This document shows positions 1 to 9,351 of a DNA stretch of 32,000 nucleotides, piece after piece (positions within the stretch are counted from its first letter, which is position 1; every line of letters begins with the position of its first letter). Both the position numbers and the translations under genes were made by a program. Below the pieces are notes generated by a model. It was not told the origin of the DNA. It worked only from the letters and a program-made list of their open reading frames with translations, and did no database searches. Origin of the DNA: Amoeboradix gromovi X-113 (taxonomy: Eukaryota; Fungi; Sanchytriomycota); the NCBI GenBank assembly GCA_018985225.1, contig JADGIF010000032.1, forward strand, positions 24-32,023. The letters run 5' to 3'.

Positions 1-90
1 TAGTTTGCTAGCTAATGGTGAGAGACCAGGTTGGCAGAGAAGGGATTATACAAACAAAGAGAGTTCGCCTATTGCCTAGGTGAAGAAATA

Positions 91-175
91 TGGGACACTA
101 CTGTGAAAACTTCAACTGGGTAAATCTCGTCACCCGCTTTTTACCCCTAGTCTAGTTTTTACAGAGCATGTCCCA
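91..175. mobile_element. Tiny MITE-like inverted repeat with (T)GGGACA termini
   Basis: TGGGACACTACTGTGAAAACTTCAACTGGGTAAA is an imperfect inverted repeat of TTTACCCCTAGTCTAGTTTTTACAGAGCATGTCCCA. The termini resemble the TIRs at 5457, 12963 and 31950. Confidence 0.55.
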
Positions 176-257
176 CATGGAGATTTCAGGGGGACTAATT
201 CCCCACATTTTTGAGACATTTGTTTGAAAAGCATTCTAGCTTTTCGAGAGTTTAATT

Positions 258-878
258 ATGAACTCTTACATAATAAAAAAACTCGAAGAGGAGAGCATTC
301 TAGAAATAGTTATTGGAAGTGAGACAAGGGTAGAAAACAATGCGCTAATGGTGACAAAAGAATTAATCCTTGAGTATAAATTTGACAGTGGTGCGCTAGG
401 CACAATCTTATATCCATTTCAAAAAACGTCGAATGGATATCAAAACTATTTGCAGCTGCAGTTATATTCTAAGAACCATTCTATTTGGCATCAAAGGAAG
501 TTATTGAACCTTGACGATTTTTCACTGGTTTTGGGGCTTTACGACAGATTTCCTAACAATTATTATCTCTGCGACTATCTCTTTTGGAGTTACAACAAGA
601 AACACTCATTGAATTTGCTCTCGAACGAATATGATATGCTTTTAGCTACTGCAAGAAAGTGGAACGACCATTCGATATTATGGTGTTGGTACCGGTGTTC
701 AAGATTGCATATGCCATCTATAAGTATAAGAGTGCTGGAAATCATAGATAAGATGGCAAAGTCGCAGTGGAATTTTGCCTTGGAAAATGTTATTTATGCC
801 TTTTATTCTGAATATAAAATGGACAACTTATGTATGTATTTGGGGGCTTTAAATGAAAGGAGACTAATTTTAAAGTAG
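258..878 (+). CDS. Protein prenyltransferase alpha-subunit repeat protein (PTAR1-like), divergent
   Basis: 206-aa ORF with three PPTA-like repeats: SKNHSIWHQRKLL, FPNNYYLCDYLFW, NDHSILWCWYR. Confidence 0.55.
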   Translation: MNSYIIKKLEEESILEIVIGSETRVENNALMVTKELILEYKFDSGALGTILYPFQKTSNGYQNYLQLQLYSKNHSIWHQRKLLNLDDFSLVLGLYDRFPNNYYLCDYLFWSYNKKHSLNLLSNEYDMLLATARKWNDHSILWCWYRCSRLHMPSISIRVLEIIDKMAKSQWNFALENVIYAFYSEYKMDNLCMYLGALNERRLILK

Positions 879-921
879 GCATGGCGTAAATTGTTAAACA
901 ATAAATCAAAATGATAGAAAT

Positions 922-2392
922 TTACTGGTTGTTCAAATAATGATTTATCTGCGACACTATCGCATGATTTGAAGAGCTTATAAGCATTATGGACTCTTGA
1001 TTGTGAGCTGTTCCGGTTGTTATTTGCACAAGTGACTTCTCTATTTCGCAGCTAATAACCTGTGAAATTGGTATTGTAAGTTCGTGAGTCTCCCAGTTCA
1101 TGAATTGAATCCTATTGTTGAAAACTAGCAGATTATTAGATGCCAGAACCTCGCATTTGATGTTATATCTGATTCCACCAAAATAAGGAAGCCTTTCTAT
1201 AACTTTTGGGATACTTAAAGCATGCGCATCATCCTTAAGTAATCCCTGGCTAAATATCTGTTTAACATTTGGTTCGGTATTGACATTCAAGACCAGCAGT
1301 CCTGCCTTTAGTAGAGACCTATACAGCATTACAACATCATCCTCATATGAATGGGACTTTAGCGGGACCCACATGCCTGTTTGCAAAAAATAGATTGAGT
1401 CTTCTACGTTGTCTTGGTTAAAGTAGATATCCCAGTTGTTGCGTCGAACCACCCAAGATGAGTTTTGGAATTTGCAGGTTTCACCCAAGCTAATTAGATC
1501 AAATATGTACTCATTGTCATTCAAATTAAAGCACTCTCCCAAAGAATCCCGCATGATAATGCAATAATCATCAATTTTTATCTTAAACATAGAATCTACT
1601 TGCATAATAACTTTTTTTCCGAGGTCATAATTGTTGATCGAGAGTTTTAGTATCTGGGAGTTGTATTCTAGCGTTAAAGTAAAGGTGTTTTCACATTTCT
1701 ATATGAACGAAAAATACCTCATATTTTGTTATTTCAATACCACATGGCCTTTGGTGTCTCCTAGATATACTGTTTATAGCCCTGTATTTCAGCTCAGCTA
1801 CAATGTCATCAAATTGGCTTTGATTTGACCTGTTGATAGTATATATTACCATATGTCTTATTTCATCACTTATCGCCAGGTACGGAAATAACAAGGCAAA
1901 CAAAGCCCAGCTTATGTTCAATGCTCCGCTTTTATTGTTCATCAGCTGTTTAAGTAATAGGCAGCATAGCTCATCACTGTACTCAACGTTGTCCTTTGCA
2001 ATGTCCAAGATACAGGAGCATATGCTTGGTTTTTCAAATTCTTTTCCTGTTTTCTCGTATCTTAATATTAAAGTAAATAGTTGCAAACTTATCTCATTGC
2101 TGCTTGTCTGTTTTAGCAGCGACTTTTCAATCATGTAGTTTTGCCAGTTGGCGTTGGAATGTTTTCTTCCGTGTTTACTTATATAGTCATGAAATGGTGT
2201 TTTATCGTCAAATGGGTCGTATGCTTTTCTTGTTGGCGATAAAGGAGACGGCAGTCCCATATAGATATTCAATATAGGACTAAATGAATAACCATCTGTC
2301 TCTGTAATTGTCAAATTTGGCGTGGTCTTGCTCTTTATAATTCTACTAATATTTTGTTCATACTTCACTGAAAGTGACTCGTGGCTAGACAT
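922..2392 (-). CDS. MyTH4-FERM-like domain protein, 2 exons (2392-1718, 1698-922), 483 aa
   Basis: MyTH4-like DELCCLLLKQLMNN...SWALFALLFPYL, followed by a FERM-like region (IERLPYFGG). Removing a 19-nt intron joins two ORFs: TKYE/KCENTFTLTLEYNSQILKLSINNYDLGKKVIMQVD. Confidence 0.7.
1699..1717 (-). other. 19-nt spliceosomal intron GTATTTTTCGTTCATATAG
   Basis: GT..AG; removal restores a continuous frame between ORFs 1691-2392 and 922-1605. Confidence 0.85.
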
Positions 2393-2456
2393 TACACTAA
2401 AATATTATGGCCTAGATAAGCAAGCCTTTTATGATATTTGAAGTCAACAATAACAT

Positions 2457-3572
2457 TTATTTCGCCACCTGTCCTACTTTTTGAAATAAAGAATCCACTA
2501 CCACCTCTAGTTTCTTCATGGCCTCAATACTGGTGTGATATAAAATGTCATCATTTGCCTTTTCGAATATAATCAACACCCCCATATTCTGGTCTAATAT
2601 TCCATTTAGCTCTGAATCCAATATCATCTGACTAATTTTATGCTCCACCTGATCCATGGGCAAGTTCAAGATGCTTGAAACATGTGAGATTTGCACTCTT
2701 TCATATGGCTCGATTACTCTAGTTAAATTGCTTGTAAGCAATCTATCATACAGAAATCTCAATTGCACGGCAATGACAGGATCACTAGTTAGTGCTAAAT
2801 TAGTTTAAAATTCACCTGGATGGTCTTTTAATGCCAAATCAAAATCATGCAAAACACGAGATTTACAAGCTTTCTGAATCTTTAATAACCCGACGATGCG
2901 ATCATCTTTGTTGTCAATGATATACTTGTTGTTTCCCAGATCATCGTTGTTCATTATCTGAGTCAGAATTAACCAGCTTAAATGCTGCTGATAGTCTTTG
3001 TTAATGTGATGCAACTGCTCAACTGTCTCATAAAAGTAAGAATAAGCAATTGTGTATTCCTTATCTAGCAAGTGAACAAGACCGCTTTGCTCGTCCAGTT
3101 GCAGCTGAACTACGGGAGGAACGTACATTTGGTGACTTAGCGTTTTAGCAGCAACCAAAGCACCTTTAGATTTGTTTGTGTTCTTGAGATAATAATAAGC
3201 TCTACTTTGTTGAATAAAGACTTGAAGAAGCAATTGCTTATCATCTAATTTCTTTAACGGGACAGTAATTGAGTCAATTTTGATCAAGGAATCATTGTAT
3301 AAATGATTACTCAATAAAAGTTCTATGTAAAGATGTTCCAGCTGAAATAGAAGATATTGAAGGTTGGTATCTTTGATCTGGACTAATAATTTATCGAAGA
3401 TGGATCTCTTCTGATCAATATCACCTTCAACAAGGGATAACCTATTTACCGCATGCTTCACAAATTTGGTTAGCTGTGGGACGGAAAGTTTGGACATCTG
3501 AGGATTATTGACTAAAATTTGTTCAAGTTGGTCGATATTAGCTTTATCAGATTGTGAAATCATTTCTTCCAT
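2457..3572 (-). CDS. RPN6: 26S proteasome lid subunit Rpn6 (PCI domain), 2 exons (3572-2816, 2794-2457), 364 aa
   Basis: LKKLDDKQLL, AYSYFYE, LYDRLLTSNLTRVIEPYERVQISHV, KISQMILDSELNGILDQ. Start chosen at MEEMISQ. Confidence 0.92.
2795..2815 (-). other. 21-nt spliceosomal intron GTGAATTTTAAACTAATTTAG
   Basis: GT..AG with a CTAAT branch site and an in-frame TAA. The spliced product reads KDHP/ALTSDPVIAVQLRFLYD, consistent with Rpn6. Confidence 0.9.
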
Positions 3573-4221
3573 TGGACGGAGAAGTGTTGCAAAAAACAAC
3601 ATCAAGAAGAAAATAAATAGATATATGGTAGGCTTTGCAAAATGGCCGCACTAAGAACCAAGAGGAGTGCCTTGGAATGTAAGACAGAGTTAATTCAAAT
3701 CCTTTATTTCTTCGTACCCACTGTAATGATAACAATAACAAACTACCATACTTCTGGTGATAGTTATCGCTTATTTTTCATTTTTTTGTATCTTTGAGTC
3801 ATTAGGAATGAATTACAATCATGAAAGACAAAAAGGGACTTACCATTGATTTGGTTCAAAGAATTATCTCAGTAGCTCTAAGAGAAAGCTGGTCAACGGT
3901 TACTATCGTGTTAACATTTTAAAAACCTTGGTAGGATAAAAACGCAGCTAAAAACAAAAAATGTCTTGCATTAGAAGTTAAGTACGCATGAAACCCAAAT
4001 TTGCGCCAAAGAGCTAAAATGGTCTACTTTTATGGACCAGCCTTGCAGATTATCGCCCGATTGTGCTCTGATCGTTCATAAATGTAGCTATCAATTTGAA
4101 TTGAATCAACCGTGTTGCTCCAATATAATCTTTTTCTATACTTTTTTGAAATCATAAAAGTTTGATAACCTTCTTTCTCATCAAGTGCAAATAGGTCTAA
4201 AATCTCTCATTTTGATTATCT

Positions 4222-4286
4222 AAATCTAAAGAAATCATCACTAGATGGGGGCTTGCTCTTTCATGCTCAAAGACTGGTCTAAGAAT
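4222..4286 (+). pseudogene. Diverged IS607-like serine recombinase N-terminal HTH remnant
   Basis: KSKEIITRWGLA [frameshift] MLKDWSKN. It shares AAATCTAAAGAAAT with the copy at 15081. Confidence 0.5.
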
Positions 4287-5088
4287 GCCATTGCGCATGT
4301 ACTCTCAATATTAGGAATTCAATTTGTTGCCAGTCTTGCCGCCCATCATTTCTCAAGAGATTTTATGAGGTTAAGCTAATTGTAGCAGTATCTCCATCCA
4401 CGACTGCACCGTATCGGACACACTGGTGCAACCCTAGACATCTGCAAGATTGCTGAATGCTTTTTTATCTGCCAAAGTCACCATTGCTCAAGGAACAGTA
4501 TTTAATACTTTTGAATAAGCAGACATAACACCGTTCTATTAATAGCATAAAATAGTTTCTTGTTCGGGATGCTGAAAGTTCCTGCTTTTGTGCCGGTAAC
4601 TTCCATCACCACAGGTAATATCCATTTCATAACTTCATTCACTTCACTTCATCTAATCTTGTGTACCTTCTCGCTGTACCATAGTACTTCATATTTGCTG
4701 CCAATACCTTTGCCGCCACAAGACCCGACTTACCCGAATTATCTAATTTCCATTGTAATTTTAGTTTGTTGTTATGGTAGAATAAGATTTTTGTAATCTA
4801 GTTTCGCATTTTTAAACGGATGTTGTTCGTCTTTTAACCCAATTATTTTTTCTTTGTCATCACTTTTACCCCTCTTGTCTATATTTCACAGCTCGATTGT
4901 TTTCTTGAATAAATCATTATTGCGAATTTGTATGCATTTTTATATGATCTCAAGACTTTTCCAGATTTTTCTAATACCTTAAACACTCGATATTCTTCCT
5001 TTTCGCAAACGGTAAATCAACTCTAAATAAATAACTAGCAGGTGCAGCATACATTCATCAACACTGATAAGCTGGTCCAAACACGGAA

Positions 5089-5312
5089 AATTCGAGGCCA
5101 TGTACAATATTTGGCACTCTAAAGAAAACCAATTTGGAGAGCTATTCATGTACATAGTGTCGTTTGCAAGTCGACATGGACCACATGGCACCAAGGAACA
5201 AATTCGATGCCATGTACGAGGTATGGTACTTTAAAGAAAACCAACTTAGAAACCTGAACCTGTACAAATTGTCATTTGAAAGTAGATAGAGATCATATGA
5301 AAGCAAGGAACA
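5089..5312 (+). repeat. Diverged tandem duplication, period 112 bp, of the TnpB/Fanzor zinc finger-RuvC-III segment
   Basis: AATTCGAGGCCATGTAC... at 5089 and AATTCGATGCCATGTAC... at 5201. The first unit reads SRPCTIFGTLKKTNLESYSCT*CRLQVDMDHMAPRNK. Confidence 0.85.
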
Positions 5313-5330
5313 TATACATCAAGTATCTGC

Positions 5331-5452
5331 ATCCTTATTCAATCCCGCCTCAGTGTAGTGAAAGCGTGAGCAATCACTGTAACGGGGATCTAGCATTAGT
5401 TTCTCTGTGGAAATTCTCGATTTTATCGGAAATCAGGTCTTTTAATGAGGAG
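5331..5452 (+). ncRNA. Candidate Fanzor omegaRNA scaffold (copy 1)
   Basis: Well-conserved segment between the RuvC-III remnant and the right end. Hairpins GTGA-GCAA-TCAC (5366-5377), TTTC-N6-GAAA and GATTT...AAATC. Function is inferred from position. Confidence 0.5.
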
Positions 5453-5456
5453 AGCA

Positions 5457-5823
5457 TGGGACACCAAATATAAAAACTAGACCAAGTCGTTTTTAAAGGG
5501 GGTGCTCCATAAGGAGGAAATTAATAAAAGTCCTTCTTTAAAATAAAACAACATGACCCAATATCTCTTTCAAATAAGGTCTTTGAGTATCTTATCTGTT
5601 CCATTTTCTTGTTCCTCTTACCACCTTTCATATAACTTATTTTTTGTTTTCTCTTCTTCTTATTAACCATTGTTTCTAAGATTTTGATGGATGAAAAACT
5701 TTTATACTAAAATAATTTACTTGAAACAGTCAGATGAATTTAATTCGCTATCGGCTAACACAGTTGAAATAAGGATTTAAACTATTTCAGAAAGTTAGTC
5801 CAGTCTTTATATTTGATGTCCCC
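5457..5823. mobile_element. MITE-like element with ~30-bp TIRs
   Basis: Left GGGACACCAAATATAAAAACTAGACCAAGT, right AGTTAGTCCAGTCTTTATATTTGATGTCCC. The internal sequence is similar to the reverse complement of 12963-13291. Confidence 0.8.
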
Positions 5824-5835
5824 TGTGTTTTTAGT

Positions 5836-5964
5836 ATGTCCCGAAAATTTCAGGGTTTAGCAGTGGCTTCAATTATTGGTATCGGAACTGCTTCTTATAT
5901 ATATCTCCCAATAATTCAAGAACTGGAGAAATTGAAGACTAAAAGCAATGAAGAAACTGGCTGA
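5836..5964 (+). CDS. 42-aa single-pass microprotein, PIGBOS1-like
   Basis: MSRKFQGLAVASIIGIGTASYIYLPIIQELEKLKTKSNEETG*, with AATAAA about 10 nt after the stop. It is below the ORF-track cutoff. Confidence 0.7.
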   Translation: MSRKFQGLAVASIIGIGTASYIYLPIIQELEKLKTKSNEETG

Positions 5965-6195
5965 TTTTAACTGAATAAATCGTTTATAGCGATTACGTGA
6001 ATTTCATCGCACCAATGACTCTTTTCTAGAAACTTTCAATTGAATGAAAATGGAGACACAAGCAAGGCGACGGTAAGAAGCTTGTCAATGCTTTGAAATC
6101 TGGCGGTTTCATTAAATACAGATCTCGGTTTATTACTCTTCCTTTATTTCGAGCTTCAATTTATCAGGTGAAATAAGAAATACAGTATTTATTAT

Positions 6196-6802
6196 TTATA
6201 ACTTGATTTTCGGCTTCCCTAAAAAGTTTCTGACAAACCAAACTTGTAAAATTGCTGAAGTTATCATAATAGAAGATTCTAAAAGCGCAAATGTGAAGAT
6301 TCTATTTTCCGTATTTTCGACCGTATGCATATTACGGCGAACTCTAACGGAATAAAATCGAGAATTTTTCATGTAACTACTTATGGCATTGTATGTCTCA
6401 TCAACGTATTTATCAAGAACACCAGTATCTGTCTACATAAAAATCAATTACCTTTGGTTTCTGCTGGATACCATACTCCCCTTCTACAGTAATGTCTACT
6501 GCAACTTCTTTTAAAGCTACGCTGCTCTTTCCGTTCCAAAAGCAAAACGAGTATTCCCCAATCTTCTCTAAAGCAAACACCACATCCGTCTGTTTTTCTT
6601 TCTCCCCATGAACTAGAAGTGTCTGCGCCGGATCCTTTACTTCATAATCTGTGTCAAATTCACCTCCATTCTGAACCGCGAAATAGAAGCCTAACTTCTT
6701 AGAGTTTTGCTCCGAGGTTGCGAAGTGATAAAAGCACTGCTTTTCCGCAGGCTGAATAATAACATATAAAGACAAGGCTATGGAAAATTGCCAAAGAAGC
6801 AT
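6196..6802 (-). CDS. p24/emp24 family (GOLD domain) cargo receptor, 2 exons (6802-6452, 6432-6196), 195 aa
   Basis: Signal peptide, EKQCFY, FYFAVQNGGEFDTDYEVKDP, GEYSFCFWN. Exon 2 gives RRNMHTVENTENRIF, a TM helix and LQVWFVRNFLGKPKIKL. Confidence 0.93.
6433..6451 (-). other. 19-nt spliceosomal intron GTAATTGATTTTTATGTAG
   Basis: GT..AG; removal joins the GOLD domain to the coiled-coil and TM C-terminus. Confidence 0.92.
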
Positions 6803-6896
6803 AGTTTGAAGGAGAACATTTCTTTGTCTCAAGATTATAGTAGATGGGAATACAAGTTTAGATTCCGTTTTTAAGTATAGCCGTAGTATGTGCTGT

Positions 6897-7214
6897 TTAT
6901 TCAGTAAATTTAAGATTTCGCAAATGTTCTTTAGCCTTGAGAAAAGCCATCTTTTTAGATTTTGTCTGGTCAATTGATTTTATACGATGCCAGGCTTGCA
7001 ACTGCCCATACTGGTCTGGATTTATTCCCTCGTCTACATATCTTACAATATCTGTTGGTATCTCGACATCTGATTCCAAATCAATTATACCCTTGTAAAG
7101 CTTTAAGAGACATAATAAATCTTTCTCCACTGCCTCATTCTTTTCTACTTTTTTGATTGTCTGAGCAAGTTGATTTAAACACTCGATCATTCTGTCTTCT
7201 TCATTGGTTGACAT
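6897..7214 (-). CDS. MED10: Mediator subunit 10 (Nut2)
   Basis: EIPTDIVRYVDEGINPDQY matches the Med10 core motif. Start at MSTNEE (preceded by CTCC); alternative ATG at 7244. Confidence 0.82.
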   Translation of the reverse strand: MSTNEEDRMIECLNQLAQTIKKVEKNEAVEKDLLCLLKLYKGIIDLESDVEIPTDIVRYVDEGINPDQYGQLQAWHRIKSIDQTKSKKMAFLKAKEHLRNLKFTE

Positions 7215-7699
7215 GCAGGAGTGTTTGGTAAACAACAGGGACATGCTATATGAAAACTAATCTGGGTTAAAGCAAAAGACAAAAAGAGATTTTGGGTTAT
7301 TAGATTCGCAATCTTACATCAAATCCGACATATAATAGAGGTATTGGTATGATATTGGCTGCGAATAAGTATTGCAAATGGTAGCAAAAGAACTTGTCCG
7401 AAAGCGATTCGCAACGGTGAAGATTGGCATGACAAAGCATAGCCATTGCAGTATCGAAGGAAGAAAATAGTGTGGTCTCTTTGTTGAAATTATCCTCTTC
7501 TGCATTAAATGACTTGTGTTTTGATTCGCATGTTCCACGACCAGACTCAGTCGGCTAAAAGAGTACTATGATGCAAACTCAAGGGTACAAAGATAAAAAA
7601 AGCGCTTAACAGAAGATAAAAGCGGTATGTTTTTAGACTTGTAAATACTGCGCCTATTATTGACTAGTTGCATGATTATACAATTAGATTACTTAGTTA

Positions 7700-7752
7700 A
7701 TTTCTCTGTAGAAATTCTCGATTTCTCGGAAATCAGGACTATCAATGAAGAG
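7700..7752 (+). mobile_element. Right-end fragment of the IS607-like/Fanzor2 family
   Basis: TTTCTCTGTAGAAATTCTCGATTTCTCGGAAATCAGGACTATCAATGAAGAG matches 5400-5452 and 15371-15422 and stops at the same AG. Confidence 0.8.
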
Positions 7753-7787
7753 CCTCACCAGCTACCTTATTTTTTCCAAACATTTAA

Positions 7788-8069
7788 ATGATAACATCGT
7801 GCAGAATTGGAGAAAACGGAATAGAATACCTGATCAATGGGAAATTCCAACATTTTAGCAAGGTTTCACCACTATCAGCCTTGGCCTACTGGCACTCAAT
7901 TTATTTTAAATTTTCAGAGCAGCGCCTCTCAATGAATGAGGAAATAAAAACTATTCGGAAAAAAAACAAAGATTTAATAAATCTAGTGGAGCAACTTGAT
8001 TGCGAAAAACTGATGCTTTTAAGTCAGCTTAAAAGAGTAAATCATGAACTAGTAAAGAGAAATATTTAA
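7788..8069 (+). CDS. Hypothetical small coiled-coil protein, 93 aa
   Basis: ATG-initiated ORF with a heptad-like C-terminal half and AATAAA overlapping the stop. Confidence 0.55.
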   Translation: MITSCRIGENGIEYLINGKFQHFSKVSPLSALAYWHSIYFKFSEQRLSMNEEIKTIRKKNKDLINLVEQLDCEKLMLLSQLKRVNHELVKRNI

Positions 8070-8101
8070 ATAAAATATTGGCGCAAGTATTTTGCAGTTT
8101 A

Positions 8102-9351
8102 TTAAACGTCAATAACATGGGATTGAGTCTTTCCTGAAGAAACTACATTGCCGGGCAAAACGAAGCAGCTTTGGAGCTCGCAATCGTCCTCTACAATGCA
8201 GTTTTCTAAAATAATACTGTTCACTATTCGACAGTTTGCTCCTATTTTCACGTATTTTCCAATTATGCTTTTCTTTATAACAGTTTTTGACTTTATTTGC
8301 ACAAAGTCATCTATAAAGCAATCGTTTCCAATTGCTGTTCCCTCTGAAGTCTCAAAATTTTGTCCAATTAGACCAACCGAGTTCTAAATTAATATTGAAC
8401 AACCATTTTAATATATTCAAACACGTTCTCTTCAAATTGTAAATCGAAAATATAGCTGGGCTGCGTAATTGGGACAAGAAAATGCAGCACTTTAATTTTC
8501 TTCATGACCTTTATGGAGCACTCTAAAGACATGGACTCTTCAATTAAATCATCATCTGCAGTCATACATTCTGAGTGTGTTGTGCTAAAAGAAAGTGCTT
8601 CGCCTATAATTGAGTTGTTGTCATTTTTAAAAAACTTTAAAATGTTTCTTTCTTTTAAAAAGTGAGGGTTATATTGTGCTTGAATAAGATCCATCATTAC
8701 ATCATGCAAATCAGAGTATCTATGACTCATTACCCATTGGAATACCCAATTTCTGCAAATCATTATCGGAGGAATTTCGTATTGACGTGTAAAATTGATT
8801 TTGGGAAAAACGTTTAGGATGCTATGGTGAACTTTGTGTTTGATGTCATCAATTACTGCATAACAAATCCTGTCATCAGCAGTGCCAATTAACCACTTCA
8901 GTCTATCATGGCCATAAAAATTGGGCCGACCGCCAAGTTTTTCAAGTTTATCAACAACTTTGCAGTCAACCATGGGAATGAAAGAATCGCAGTCAGCACC
9001 GTTATACTCTTGTAAGATAAGTTGCAGAGGGATATTTGATATCACAAAAGGATTTAAAAATACGACATCACTGCTCCACTGAATTTGCTGCAGGCAGCCA
9101 CTTAAAGTTTTCGAGCTTTTGATATCACAAAGATCCAAATTATTAGTAGTCAGCAACTCAAGCAAATACTTTTCGATATGCTTTACGCTATCATCGTGAC
9201 AGCAAATATGAACGTTTGTGCCATTGCTACAGTCATAAGCATACCTGATGCAGACCTCAAGCAAAGATTTTGATAGTAGGTTTGTTGTTAGTTTAATATT
9301 TGGGAACTGATCTGGAAAGCACAATATAGCAATGCAGATACTGACTGTCAT
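8102..9351 (-). CDS. Translation initiation factor eIF2B gamma-like subunit, 2 exons (9351-8404, 8383-8102), 409 aa
   Basis: Degenerate nucleotidyltransferase-like N-terminus plus hexapeptide beta-helix C-terminus (IKKSIIGKYVKIGANCRIVNSIILENCIVEDDCELQSC). Confidence 0.75.
8384..8403 (-). other. 20-nt spliceosomal intron GTTGTTCAATATTAATTTAG
   Basis: GT..AG; the spliced frame FEYIKM/NSVGLIGQNFETSEGTAIGNDCFIDDFVQIK runs into the hexapeptide repeats. Confidence 0.88.

Larger units (their letters stand above)
4890..5452 (+). mobile_element. Decayed non-autonomous IS607-like/Fanzor2 element, copy 1
   Basis: Both ends match 14933-15422. HTH remnant SK*ITSRCSIHSSTLISWSKHGK; TnpB-like C-terminus SMPCTRYGTLKKTNLET*TCTNCHLKVDRDHMKARNI (5201-5314). 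Confidence 0.8.

Noticed and set aside
2795-2815. TAA reassigned to Gln (as in some aphelids and ciliates) or readthrough in RPN6
   Set aside because: The TAA lies in a GT-AG segment with the same consensus as five frame-shifting introns, and conserved genes end properly at TAA or TAG.
4480-4800. Possible pseudogene on the minus strand, or ORF 4560-4796
   Set aside because: Frames contain stops and no family could be recognised.
5276-5473. ORFs 5276-5473, 4979-5194 and 15183-15431 as real genes
   Set aside because: They are fragments or antisense frames of decayed transposon copies.
5521-5670. 49-aa basic ORF on the minus strand (MVNKKKRKQK...)
   Set aside because: It lies inside a MITE, and the frame is not preserved in the second copy.
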